Source of the DNA: an uncultured bacterium
GTDB taxonomy: Bacteria > Chloroflexota > UBA5177 > JANWHV01
Direction: 5' to 3'
NCBI GenBank assembly: GCA_963729625.1
Contig: CAVSOU010000008.1
Location: forward strand, 320,001-384,000
Length of the DNA stretch: 64,000 bases
The notes under the pieces are model-generated. The model was not told the origin of the DNA. It worked only from the letters and a program-made list of their open reading frames with translations, and did not search any database. Position 1 is the first letter of the stretch. Each line of letters opens with the position of its first letter. Both the position numbers and the translations under genes were made by a program. This document shows, in pieces, positions 10,523-21,877 of the stretch.

Positions 10523-10686
10523 CCGTCAAGAGAACAGAGAGCGTTTATCATGTCGCGGAAACAAGCCGCGGACTGTACTCGCACGCGTTTCGGAACGCGA
10601 GCGAGAGTACCGAAGCCCCTGTTCCGGTCGATTCAGCTGGAGGGTTCTGTTCTCGCCGAGGCGTCGTGGCAACACGGCTCAGAGCC

Positions 10687-10735
10687 TTGACACGCACCAG
10701 CCTTCATATTAGTATGTAGGTAGCTACTTACTAAT
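10687..10735 (+). promoter_or_regulatory. Sigma-70 promoter and TetR operator
   Basis: TTGACA-17-TAGTAT; inverted repeat ATTAGTATGTAG-gtag-CTACTTACTAAT (11/12) at 10708-10735 overlapping the -10. Confidence 0.8.
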
Positions 10736-10746
10736 GGGGGGTATGG

Positions 10747-11454
10747 ATGGCGACGGCGAAGGGCCGGCCCCGCGACCCGGACGCGACGCGCACGGCCATC
10801 TTGAATGCGGCGGAGGAGGCCTTCGCCAAACATGGATTTGCCGGCGCTCGCATCGACGCTATCGCGACGGCATCCGGCTACAATAACGGCCTGATCTTCC
10901 GCTATTTTACCGACAAGCTGGGACTTTACCGCGCCGTGGTGCTGCGCATCAAGGCCAATACGGAGGCCTGGTTCGCGCGGGACCTTGCTCCGCTCTTTGT
11001 ATCTAACACGGCGGATGCCGGCGAGATCGAGACGGTGCGCGCCGTTGTCGGCACCGCGCTCCGCTGGGTCTTCGACTATTACCTCGTGCACGTGAACTAC
11101 AGACGGATCCTGGCGTGGGAGGCGGCAGAGGGCTGGAGCACGTTTGCCCTTGTTCACGCAGACGTCAAGCAATCCTGGTGGCTGGAGCCGGCAAGCCGTT
11201 TTCTCGCGCGGGCGCAGGCCGCGCACGTGATCCGCGCGGAGATCGACCTGCCTATGTTGATTTCGGACGCGCTGTACATAGCGCTGCTTCACCAGTGGTT
11301 CGTTCCCAGGAACGAGCTCGACTTTCCCGGCGTCGACTTCTCGTCACTCGATGCTCTGGCCAGGGCACGCGAGCAAATCGTCCAATTGATCCTGCATGGG
11401 ATCGAGAACCACCGATACTACTCACCCACACCAGAGGGAGACCATCAATCATGA
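10747..11454 (+). CDS. TetR/AcrR family transcriptional regulator
   Basis: N-terminal HTH 'AILNAAEEAFAKHGFAGARIDAIA...LIFRYFTDKLGLY'. Confidence 0.93.
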   Translation: MATAKGRPRDPDATRTAILNAAEEAFAKHGFAGARIDAIATASGYNNGLIFRYFTDKLGLYRAVVLRIKANTEAWFARDLAPLFVSNTADAGEIETVRAVVGTALRWVFDYYLVHVNYRRILAWEAAEGWSTFALVHADVKQSWWLEPASRFLARAQAAHVIRAEIDLPMLISDALYIALLHQWFVPRNELDFPGVDFSSLDALARAREQIVQLILHGIENHRYYSPTPEGDHQS

Positions 11455-13229
11455 CTCTGCGGATTGCCGCTCGCAACGATCGGCCCGGTAACGTCACAAA
11501 CCGCCGCCACCCGTTGTTTTCGCCGATAACTGCCGTCGCTCTCGCGGTTGGCGTTTTGGTGCCGCTGATCTTCTCGGCGTCCTACGTGGGTGCTCTTCAC
11601 GATCCGAAGCCCCACGATATGCCTATCGGCGTGGTGGCGCCGTACTCGATGGCGTCAACGCTGATCACGGCAATCGACACGGCCAGCCAGCACGAGCTCA
11701 AGGCGCGCGAGGAAGCTGACACGAGCGCCCTGAGATCGGGCATCGACAAGCAGGAGATAGCCGGCGGCCTCGTCCTGAAAGTGCCGGGCGCCATCCCGAT
11801 CGGCGTGCTGGCGCCGGCGATCATGGCCGCGACCCTGGCGCACACGATCGGTGCCAGAAGCGGTGATGTGCTCGCAGCCAGGGTCGAGCCGAGTGCCGAT
11901 GCCCTGAAAGCGGATCTCAACGCACAGAAGGTATACGGCGGTGTCGTCTTCTCGCTTCCGGCGAGCATTCCGATCGGTGTCGTAGCTCCTTCAATCTTGG
12001 CGCCGGCAGTGGCAAAGCAGATCGGCGCTGCCGGTGGCGGTGTAGTCACCGTGCGTCCCGAAGCCAGCGTAGCCGCCTTGCGGTCCGATATCGCAAAGAA
12101 GGCTGTCTACGGCGGCATTGTGGTCGCGATTTCGACCGCTCTGGGCCTCGCCCCCGTCCAGGTTCTGACTGCCGGCAGCACCGACTACACCGTCAGCCAG
12201 CTCATCGCGGGGTTCGGGCAGCAGCTCGCGGCCAGGCTGCACACCAGCGTCACACTGGTGGATGTAAAGCCGCAGGCGGCTGGGGCAGCCACGCCATTGA
12301 CCATGGTACAGATTGTGACGACCAGCACCGCGGATTCCACGGTGGGCGAGATCGTGGCGACCTTCGGCCGGCAGCTGGCGGCAGCGCAGCACGCAGGTAT
12401 CACGGTCGTCGACATGGTGCCGCAGGTGCCGGGAACCCCGAAACCTCTGACCACCGTGCAGGTGTACACGGCTGGCGCGGTGAACTTTACGGCCAGTCGC
12501 GAGTTGGCTGAGTTTGGCCAGCTTTTCGCCGTGGCACGGCATGCCGCGGTCACGGTCACGGATGCGAAGCCGCTTCAGCCGGAGGACTCGACCGGCTTGT
12601 CCTCTCTGTACATGATGATCGGTTGGGTCTTTGGCGGCTATTTCCTGGCCACGGTGGTGACGACAATCGTCGGGTTCAAGCAGTGGACGCGCAGACACTC
12701 CTTCGTGCGACTCGGCGCACTGGCTCTGTGCTCGATCGCCTCGGGCCTGATGGGCGCCGGCATCGGCGCCGCATTCGGGCCGATATCGTCCGAGCACTTC
12801 TGGGCGGTCGCCGGCATCGGTACGCTGCTCGTGTTTTCCACGGCCTGCGCCACTGCCGGGCTGCAGGCGATCATCGGGATGTATGGAACGCAAGTCGCTT
12901 TGATCGCCTTCATCATGCTGGGAAATCCGTCGTCGGGCGGTATCGCCGCGCCGCAGATGCTGCCGGTTTTCTGGCGCGCGATCGGGCCATGGTTGCCTAA
13001 CGCCGCCGGATTCACCCTGCTTCGCAATACCCTGTACTATGGCGGCCGGAACTTCGGTTCGGCTATCCCGGTACTGTGCGCCTACACGGTCGCCGGCGCC
13101 GCTCTCCTGCTCATGTTCGGATCCTCACGTATGGCTCTCTTTACACCGCGAGTGGAGACGGCGGTTGATGCGCTTCGTCCCGGCCCACCCAGATTGGTTG
13201 GGGTGAAAGACGAAGAGGCGAGCGCCTAG
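11451..13229 (+). CDS. DUF3533/YhgE-like ABC-2 type membrane protein with expanded ectodomain
   Basis: ATGA overlap with tetR; TM1 then ALHDPKPH; C-terminal TM bundle with GNPSSGG and LP.FWRAIGPWLPN. Confidence 0.85.
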   Translation: MTLRIAARNDRPGNVTNRRHPLFSPITAVALAVGVLVPLIFSASYVGALHDPKPHDMPIGVVAPYSMASTLITAIDTASQHELKAREEADTSALRSGIDKQEIAGGLVLKVPGAIPIGVLAPAIMAATLAHTIGARSGDVLAARVEPSADALKADLNAQKVYGGVVFSLPASIPIGVVAPSILAPAVAKQIGAAGGGVVTVRPEASVAALRSDIAKKAVYGGIVVAISTALGLAPVQVLTAGSTDYTVSQLIAGFGQQLAARLHTSVTLVDVKPQAAGAATPLTMVQIVTTSTADSTVGEIVATFGRQLAAAQHAGITVVDMVPQVPGTPKPLTTVQVYTAGAVNFTASRELAEFGQLFAVARHAAVTVTDAKPLQPEDSTGLSSLYMMIGWVFGGYFLATVVTTIVGFKQWTRRHSFVRLGALALCSIASGLMGAGIGAAFGPISSEHFWAVAGIGTLLVFSTACATAGLQAIIGMYGTQVALIAFIMLGNPSSGGIAAPQMLPVFWRAIGPWLPNAAGFTLLRNTLYYGGRNFGSAIPVLCAYTVAGAALLLMFGSSRMALFTPRVETAVDALRPGPPRLVGVKDEEASA

Positions 13230-13301
13230 CCGCGTTATCCTTAGCACGATGATCGACATGCCGGCGTGCAACGAGCCGCGCTGTAGGGAAGGAGCACTGA
13301 G

Positions 13302-14681
<1,380 letters not shown>

Positions 14682-14861
14682 AGCATGGCCGGCACCATCG
14701 AGGCTGGGCGCTCTTACCAGAGACCATTGTTCCCGACAAGAGCGCCCGCCGTGGCGGCTGTGCTCGGTCCGTGCCTGCGGGCGAATGCCTTCGCGTCGAG
14801 CACTGCCTGCTGGGCGCGCCGCGCTGCCTTGAAGGGCCGGCTGGCTGCCATGTGGCGCCCG

Positions 14862-15075
14862 TCAACTGGGTGAACGGGCGCCTCCTTTCAAACCGACGGC
14901 CTCGGCGAAACGGCGTAGCGCCGCCAGGTGGGCGGCGGGCGTGGAAAAGCCGCAGTCCGTGGTCTGCACGACGGCGTGGGTGGCGCCGGCGCGTTGCCAG
15001 TCGGCCAGCAGATGCTGCCAAACCGCCGGATCACCTGACCCATACGGGATGCGAGCTTGCAGGCCAATACTTCTC
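14862..15075 (-). pseudogene. C-terminal remnant of an LLM-class F420-dependent oxidoreductase
   Basis: IGLQARIPYGSGDP..W...W.RAGATH......GF.....H..ALRRFAEA resembles the LLM C-terminus; N-terminus absent. Confidence 0.55.
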
Positions 15076-15267
15076 AGATGTGAGTACGTGGCGCCGATAG
15101 TCACTGGGTAGAGCACCCGGTGCGCAGGATCGCGGATCAGCGCGATCTCACCGTCTGGGTCTCTTGGCAAAGCATCTCTGCCCGCAACCCCGCGTTGCGG
15201 CATCTCCAGCTAGGAATGGTTGCCACCCGGTACGATAAGAGGGTAGATATCGTGCGGAGGCAGGGTT

Positions 15268-16089
15268 ATGACGGCGTTGGAGGACTGGGTAGCGCGGGTC
15301 AGCGCGCACCACGAGCAATCGCGACGGATTCAGGAGAAAACGGGCTGGGCGCCGGACGACAGCGGCCGCTATGTGGCGGACATGTTCGTCGCCGATCCGC
15401 GCCGGACGGACGACCCCGTCCTCAATCGGCTGCTGCGCGCGGTCTCGCCGGCGACCACCGTTCTCGACGTCGGCGGTGGCGCCGGACGGTACGCGCTGCC
15501 GCTGGCGCTCGCGTGCCGGCAGGTGACGGTCGTCGAGCCAGATCCCGGCATGGTGAAGACACTGCGGGGGCAGATGGTGCGGCACCGGATCGCGAACATC
15601 ACCGTCGTCGAGGAGAAGTGGCAGACGGTGGGCGTCGAGCCGGCCGATGTCGTGCTGTGCGCGCACGTCATCTACGATGTGGTGGCCATCGAGGAGTTCG
15701 TGCGCTGGCTGACTGCGCACGCGCGCAAGCGGGTCCAGCTCGTCGCCAACATGCCCTGGCGCATGCACGCGCTCTCGTCATTCTGGCCACCGGTACATGG
15801 CGAAGAGCGTATCACGTTGCCCTCCGTGCCGGAGCTGCTGCCGCTACTCTGGGAGCTCGGTGTGTTTCCCGATCTCGCGATGCTCAGCGTCTACCCACCT
15901 GAGCCGTTCCGCGACCGCGGACGAGCATTGGCCATCCTGCGCCGCATGATATATGTCAATCCCGGCAGCGAGCAAGACGCGCGACTCCAAGCCGCGCTGG
16001 ATGCGCTCGCCGACGAGGTACCCGGCGGCATCGCTCTGCGGGAGGCCACGCCGCGCCGGGAAGCCTTGGTCTCGTGGTCCGTCGAGTAG
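15268..16089 (+). CDS. Class I SAM-dependent methyltransferase
   Basis: VLDVGGGAG, VVEPD, DVVLCAHVIY. Confidence 0.9.
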   Translation: MTALEDWVARVSAHHEQSRRIQEKTGWAPDDSGRYVADMFVADPRRTDDPVLNRLLRAVSPATTVLDVGGGAGRYALPLALACRQVTVVEPDPGMVKTLRGQMVRHRIANITVVEEKWQTVGVEPADVVLCAHVIYDVVAIEEFVRWLTAHARKRVQLVANMPWRMHALSSFWPPVHGEERITLPSVPELLPLLWELGVFPDLAMLSVYPPEPFRDRGRALAILRRMIYVNPGSEQDARLQAALDALADEVPGGIALREATPRREALVSWSVE

Positions 16090-16163
16090 TCAAAGCCAGC
16101 ATCGGGATTGGCGACAGGTGATGCTGCCCGGCCAGGCGGCGCAGGAAGGGAATGCGGGATAGG

Positions 16164-16451
16164 ATGGCAGCCTACATCATCGCGGATGTGCACGTGACTG
16201 ATCCTGTAGCGTACGAGGACTATCGGCAACAGGTGGGTGCTACCCTGGAATTATATGGGGGTCGCTTCCTGGTGCGCGGTGGCGCGGCGCTGCCCCTCGA
16301 AGGCGGCTGGGCGCCGGAACGGATCGTCGTGCTGGAATTTGAGGGACTCGACCAGGCGAGGGCCTGGTATAGCTCACGTGAGTATGGGTCGCTGCTCCGC
16401 CTCCGGCAGGGGGCATCTGAGGGGCGCTTCATTCTCGTGGAGGGTGTTTGA
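16164..16451 (+). CDS. DUF1330 domain protein
   Basis: YGGRFLVRGG...LEG.W...IVVLEF....ARAWY.S.EY. Confidence 0.92.
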   Translation: MAAYIIADVHVTDPVAYEDYRQQVGATLELYGGRFLVRGGAALPLEGGWAPERIVVLEFEGLDQARAWYSSREYGSLLRLRQGASEGRFILVEGV

Positions 16452-16758
16452 GGCCCGCGATCGCCGCGTTTTCCGCACGTTGCACCGCGAAGTGCGACAC
16501 GGACAATCATGGGCTAAAGCACACGGCACAGAGATCCCAGGCATGCCGAGTTGCCTGCGCCTCCTTGTGCTCGAGCATGCTGCAGCGGACTGAGCGTCTG
16601 CTCCGGCGCCATACCCCCGCACTGTAGTGCCGAGATCGGTTCCCCGGCGGGAATTCTGGGGGGGATGGGGCGATAGGTATCCAGCGTGGCGCCTCAAGTC
16701 GATCTTACCATGGAGGCCATAAGGCGGCGCCGGGGCACCGCGATCATCGGGCTAGAAT

Positions 16759-16792
16759 AGGCTGCCGGCCCGGGTTTCCGGGCCGGCAGCCT
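16759..16792. terminator. Perfect 15-bp GC hairpin downstream of the Clp ATPase gene
   Basis: AGGCTGCCGGCCCGG-GTTT-CCGGGCCGGCAGCCT between convergent genes; weak U-tract. Confidence 0.7.
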
Positions 16793-16820
16793 GGTAGTTG
16801 GGATGGATTGTGCGTGTAGC

Positions 16821-19130
16821 TTACTCAGTTCCGGCCAGAGCGCTGCCGTCACTCGATCCCGCTGCCTGCGAAGATTTGGCAGGCATGCTGGGATCAATCG
16901 CAGCGGCAGCCTGCGGCGATGCCGTGGGTGCGCCGGTGGCCGTTACCGTGATCGCCTCGCCGCCCACAGTGAGCTGAGCGGTTTGGCCTGGGAGCAGGTG
17001 GCCGGCCAGGATAGCATCCGCCAGGGCATCGTCCACGTGACCCTGGACGGCGCGCCGCAGCGGCCGGGCGCCGTATTCCTCGTTGTAGCCCTGGTCAATA
17101 AGGAAGCTGCGCACGTCGTCGCCGAGCTCCAGGCCGATTTGCTGTCCTGCCAGCCGCGTCCGTACCTCGGCCAGCATGAGATCCACGATCACATGCAGAT
17201 TCTCGCGAGTGAGCGAGCGGAACACCACAACCTGGTCGACACGGTTGAGGAACTCAGGACGGAAGGCGTGCTTCAAGCTTTCGAGGGCCTTTGACTCGAT
17301 AGCTTCCTGGCGATTGTCGTCATCGGCAACCTTGCCAGCCATGAATCCCAGCTTGCCCGCTTTGCGCAGTTCGGCCGAGCCGGCGTTGCTGGTCATGATC
17401 ACCACGGTGTTCTTGAAGTCCACGGAGCGTCCTTTGCCGTCGGTAAGACGGCCATCGTCCATGATTTGCAGCAGCGCGTTGAACACCTCCGGATGGGCCT
17501 TCTCAATCTCGTCGAAGAGGACAACACTGTATGGGCGGCGACGCACGCGCTCAGTCAACTGACCGCCCTCGTCGTAGCCGACGTAGCCGGGCGGGCTTCC
17601 GAAGAGGCGGGCGACGGTATGCGACTCCATGTACTCTGACATGTCCATGCGGATAATCGCATCCTCTCCGCCGAACAGCTCGGCGGCCAGCGCACGGGCG
17701 AGCTCGGTCTTGCCGACTCCCGTGGGCCCAAGGAACAGGAAGGAGCCGATCGGTCGGCGCGGATCCTTGAGACCGGCGCGCGAGCGCCGTATGGCGCGAC
17801 TGACCGCCGTGATTGCTTCACTCTGGCCTACCACGCGTCCACTAAGATCGTTCTCCAGGCTGATGAGGTTCGCTCGCTCGTGTTCGAGCATCTGACCTAC
17901 CGGGACGCCCGTCCAGCCTTCAATCACTTTGGCGATGAGCTCAGGCGACACTACCGGCGGCTCGCTCAGGCCCGCTTCGACGCGAGCGTTCTGGAGCCGT
18001 TCGACGGCCACCACCTCGTGCTGGCGAAGGGTTGCGGCTTTCTCATAGTCCTCTGCCAGCGCCGCCGCTTCCTTCTGCGCCTGGATCTCGGAGAGCTCCC
18101 GCTCAAGCTCGCGCACGTGCGCACCCTGGCCGGACTCATCGATTTCCAGCTTGAGGGCAGAAGCCGCCTCGTCTATCAGATCGATAGCCTTATCGGGAAG
18201 GAATCGATCGTTGATGTATCGATCGGCCAGGCTGGCCGCGGCTACGACCGTTTCGTCTGGAATCCGGACGCCGTGATGCGCCTCGTAGTGCGGCTTGACG
18301 GCGTGTAGCATCGGGATAGCCTCTTCAACCGACGGCTCGCCGACAAGCACGGGCTGGAACCGCCGCTCAAGCGCGGCGTCCTTCTCCACGTGCTTACGGT
18401 ATTCGTCGAGGGTGGTGGCGCCGATGACGCGCAGCTCACCACGCGCGAGCGCCGGCTTGAGCATATCGGATGCGCCGACGGCGCCCTCAGCGGCGCCTGC
18501 GCCGACGACCGTGTGCAGCTCGTCGATGAAGAGAATGATGTCGGGATTGGCGGTTGCCTCTTCGATCATCGACTTCACTCGCTCTTCAAACTGGCCGCGG
18601 AACATGGCGCCGGCCACCATGCCGCCGAGATTGAGGGAGATGATGCGCTTCCCGCGCAGGAAGTGCGGGCCAGTGCCGTCGTTGATACGACGCGCCAAAC
18701 TCTCCACTATAGCCGTCTTGCCCACCCCCGGCTCGCCAAGCAAGACGGGGTTATTCTTCTGGCGGCGGCCGAGCACGGTGATGACGCGGCGGGCTTCGCG
18801 CTCGCGCCCAGCCACGGGATCGAGCTTGCCCGTTGCGGCCTCAGCCGTCAGGTCTCGGCCAAAGCGATCGAGGGTAGGTGTCTTGCTCTGCGGCGCCTGG
18901 CGCTCGGCCGTGGTAGTGCCGGTCGTGGCCTGCGATCCACCGCCGGCGCGGCTCGCGAAGATGTTCCCGAGCGCGTTGCCACCCAGGGCGGAGCTGTCGT
19001 CGCTCAGAGCGCCCTGCATGATCTGCTCGGCGCACTGCTTGCAGAAGAAGTGCGACTCGCGCTTGCCATTGATGAAACCTTCCAGCCGTACCTGCGCTTC
19101 GCGGGTTTGGCAGTTTTCGCACTTTTGCAT
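16821..19130 (-). CDS. clpE: ATP-dependent Clp protease ATP-binding subunit, ClpE-type (N-terminal Zn finger)
   Basis: CENC...CKQC; [17 protein letters not shown] '[10 protein letters not shown]', [11 protein letters not shown] ClpP loop; no Clp-N repeats. Confidence 0.88.
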   Translation of the reverse strand: MQKCENCQTREAQVRLEGFINGKRESHFFCKQCAEQIMQGALSDDSSALGGNALGNIFASRAGGGSQATTGTTTAERQAPQSKTPTLDRFGRDLTAEAATGKLDPVAGREREARRVITVLGRRQKNNPVLLGEPGVGKTAIVESLARRINDGTGPHFLRGKRIISLNLGGMVAGAMFRGQFEERVKSMIEEATANPDIILFIDELHTVVGAGAAEGAVGASDMLKPALARGELRVIGATTLDEYRKHVEKDAALERRFQPVLVGEPSVEEAIPMLHAVKPHYEAHHGVRIPDETVVAAASLADRYINDRFLPDKAIDLIDEAASALKLEIDESGQGAHVRELERELSEIQAQKEAAALAEDYEKAATLRQHEVVAVERLQNARVEAGLSEPPVVSPELIAKVIEGWTGVPVGQMLEHERANLISLENDLSGRVVGQSEAITAVSRAIRRSRAGLKDPRRPIGSFLFLGPTGVGKTELARALAAELFGGEDAIIRMDMSEYMESHTVARLFGSPPGYVGYDEGGQLTERVRRRPYSVVLFDEIEKAHPEVFNALLQIMDDGRLTDGKGRSVDFKNTVVIMTSNAGSAELRKAGKLGFMAGKVADDDNRQEAIESKALESLKHAFRPEFLNRVDQVVVFRSLTRENLHVIVDLMLAEVRTRLAGQQIGLELGDDVRSFLIDQGYNEEYGARPLRRAVQGHVDDALADAILAGHLLPGQTAQLTVGGEAITVTATGAPTASPQAAAAIDPSMPAKSSQAAGSSDGSALAGTE

Positions 19131-19242
19131 GGTGTGTAGATTCCTCTCGGTTGATGCTCTCAGACGCCGTGCCTGGGAGCCGTGAAGCTGTACCGGCTGC
19201 GCGGCCGTAATGCCTCAGGTCGCTGCTTGTATGCCCACAGCT

Positions 19243-19665
19243 TCAGGGGTGGGGGCAGCGAGGACGTCCTGGGGGCCGCCGAGGGCCGACCTGCGCGTGA
19301 AAGGCGCCGAACAGGTCCTCTGCCGAAACCCCTTCACCTGCCGCTACCAGATACTCTCGAGTCCACAGTGTAGGAATGGTGGTAAGCTCCTTGAATTCCC
19401 GCCGCAGCACGCTCGACGAATGCGCCTTCAGTCCGCAGACGATGCTGTGAGGAGAGACGGTAGGCGGCGCTTCTACCATGAGGTAGACGAAAGCAGGCTG
19501 GATCCGCAGGCTGCGCAGTCCCACGTCCAGCGCCTCTGCCTTCTCCATGAGCAGATGCGCCAATCGTTCGGCGATACACCCAACCAGTACCGGCTTCAGT
19601 CGCATCGGCCCCCACGCAAAGTGGTAGACGAGCAGCGTGGGCCGGCAACTAATGTGTATATGCAT
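19243..19665 (-). CDS. IS200/IS605 TnpA (Y1)-fold protein with catalytic residues lost and a C-terminal AT-hook-like motif
   Basis: LVYHFAW.P...KPVL, LK..SS..LRREF, LWTREY are retained; DHVH is replaced by AFVY; no catalytic Tyr; ends RRPPGRPR. Confidence 0.8.
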   Translation of the reverse strand: MHIHISCRPTLLVYHFAWGPMRLKPVLVGCIAERLAHLLMEKAEALDVGLRSLRIQPAFVYLMVEAPPTVSPHSIVCGLKAHSSSVLRREFKELTTIPTLWTREYLVAAGEGVSAEDLFGAFHAQVGPRRPPGRPRCPHP

Positions 19666-19739
19666 CACTTCCATATACGCAATATACGCCTGTTTTGGAT
19701 TCACGCAAAGAGGTCGCGTCCGGGGCGGAGCCGCACCGG

Positions 19740-20218
19740 TCAAGACTGCTCACTGGCCAGCTGCACGTCCGCCGCTTCCTGTTGCAGCTTCTTGCCCAGT
19801 TCGTTGATCGTGACCTCCTCGTCCGTTTCGAGTGGCTCCTCCGGGACGGCGCTGTGGCGTAGCAAGCGGAGGATTTCCAGTTGCTGCTGGTTGATCTTGA
19901 AAAGGAAGTCCACTTCGCGCGCCTCGAGATCGTCGCGCAAATGGTCCTTCTGGGCCTGCCTGTTTTGGCTCATCATGATAATCGGCGCTGCGTACGCGGC
20001 TTGCGTGGAGAAGAGCAGGTTCAGCAAGATGAAGGGATACGCGTCCCAATGTTTATAAAGCCGATCAGGTTCAGCACGATCCAGAACGCGACGAACACGC
20101 TCTGCACGATAATGAAAGTCCAGGATCCCATGCCGTTGGCGATGTGGTCCGCCGCATGCTGGCCAAACGTGCTGGGTTCGTGAATATGGTCGCGCGAGTG
20201 AGCATGGCGTGCCGCCAT
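19740..20218 (-). pseudogene. DUF1003 membrane protein with one frameshift
   Basis: ADHIANGMGSWTFII in one frame and WDAYPFILLNLLFSTQAAYAAPIIMMSQNR in another; shift near 20052-20056 in a short A-run (real lesion or sequencing error). Confidence 0.85.
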
Positions 20219-20611
20219 TGGTGGCTCCTTCTTCTTATTCAACCGCCTGAGCGCTGCGACGCATTCTGCTATGGTGCTGCCTCCCGCAGCGTAGCATACG
20301 TGCTGAGCTTCCGCTGTGCTCCATGGAGAAGTTGGTGCTTGGTGGGGACGCGGCGACATTCTTCTGCACAGCGCGGGCCGGCCCGAGGGGCACGTTCGTT
20401 CAGCGCCTGCCGCATCTGGCACCTCTGCGTACCCGGCGCACGCCGTCGCGGTTGACCGCGTCCCTGCGCGGCATCGGCTGCGTGTACGGAGGCAGCCTCC
20501 AGGCCCACACGGACATGGACGCGCCCAAGGCGCTGCCCGACGCGCTTGTCGCTCTGGAGTCCTTGAACGGTGATTGCAACGGATGCGCGGATCCGGCCCG
20601 ATGTACTGCGG

Positions 20612-20822
20612 TTACTCTTCCGACCGCAACGGATCTCTGAAGAGTTCCGCCACGGGGTAGGAAAAGCCGGGAATTACATCCTCACCACTCCACTACTTCG
20701 TAGATGTATCCATCGTCGGGAAGTTCAAGCAGGGTATCGACCGTCACAGGCCCATAGCCGGGGACGACCTCCGCCCAAGGGGCAGGACAGTGGGGTGGAT
20801 GCGCATGTGCGGCAGTGGTCAT
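20612..20822 (-). pseudogene. Internally deleted Uma2 family endonuclease
   Basis: N-terminal TVDTLLELPDDGYIYEVVE joined directly to C-terminal EDVIPGFSYPVAELF; the core is missing. Confidence 0.7.
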
Positions 20823-20906
20823 CGCCAGCGCCCATCAAGATGAGCATATCACGCCGGTTCAGCAAGCACGGTGGGGGTAAAGGGCGGCACGTCGATCCAT
20901 CGAGTA

Positions 20907-21650
20907 TCACGTGCGTTGGCTGCGCTTGTATCCGCCAAAGACCGCGTGCCCGGCGCGCAACCAAAAGATGCTGGTGCCGGTGAAGCCGGACTCGGCAAGC
21001 CACGCTAAGTGGTCCGCGACAGAGGAGGGCATGTCCAGCGGATCGGGATGCTCGTAGAGATTCCAATCGCTCTCGACGAATTGAAGATACGCGTCGAGCG
21101 TGCCCGTGAACACTTCCGACTGCCTTCTGACCTCGACGTCCCAGGCGCGCGCCATATAGCGCCGTTCCCACTCACTGCGCGGCTCGACAACATCAGCGAT
21201 GAGCAAGGCGCCGCCGTCTGCCAGCCGGCTGTAGAGGTCGTGGTACAGCTCTCGCTTCTGTTCCATGTCGAGATGATGGAGCACCAGGGAGCTGACGAAA
21301 CAACAGACGTCGTCGCCACATTGATCGCGCCAGTCGCGATCCTCGAGACGGAAAGACCGAAGCTCGTAGCGGCCGGCGTGGGGGCGGAGACGCGCGCCGG
21401 TGGCACGCAACATGGAATCCGAGCCGTCGAGCCCAAGCACGTGGGCCGCTGGGAAGCGGCGTAGAATCGCTTCGCTGAGCCAACCCTCTCCGACTCCCAG
21501 TTCGACTGCCAGGAATGGCTCGTTTTCGATAGCGGGGATAAGGCTGACGATCGTATCGCGGATCTCGTCACGCGACGGAGTGAAAACACGTCCGAGCTCG
21601 ATGAACTGCCGCGAGCTCTCTTCGGTCCACGCTGGCTCCGGGGTTTCCAT
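20907..21650 (-). CDS. Class I SAM-dependent methyltransferase
   Basis: VELGVGEG, GLDGS..ML, SSLVLHHL, GGALLIAD. Confidence 0.9.
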   Translation of the reverse strand: METPEPAWTEESSRQFIELGRVFTPSRDEIRDTIVSLIPAIENEPFLAVELGVGEGWLSEAILRRFPAAHVLGLDGSDSMLRATGARLRPHAGRYELRSFRLEDRDWRDQCGDDVCCFVSSLVLHHLDMEQKRELYHDLYSRLADGGALLIADVVEPRSEWERRYMARAWDVEVRRQSEVFTGTLDAYLQFVESDWNLYEHPDPLDMPSSVADHLAWLAESGFTGTSIFWLRAGHAVFGGYKRSQRT

Positions 21651-21877
21651 GCAGGTTGCTCCTTCTCTCACTCGTCACGGTATCACGCGCGTGCCGGCAC
21701 CGAGCGTGCGCAGTGCACGGCAGCACGGTTTCCTCGGCGATGGGCCGGGCTTGGATATTTCGGCGCGCGTGAGAAAACAGTGACAACACGGCCATCGTGG
21801 TCAGCAGAGACCGACCAAAGTAGCGAGCCAGTCCTGGCAGGAGAGGAGCTGCCTCGTAGCATCCATGGTTGCCGGCT

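Noticed and set aside
19243-19743. Active IS200/IS605 element
   Set aside because: HUH and catalytic Tyr are missing; no tnpB or recognisable ends
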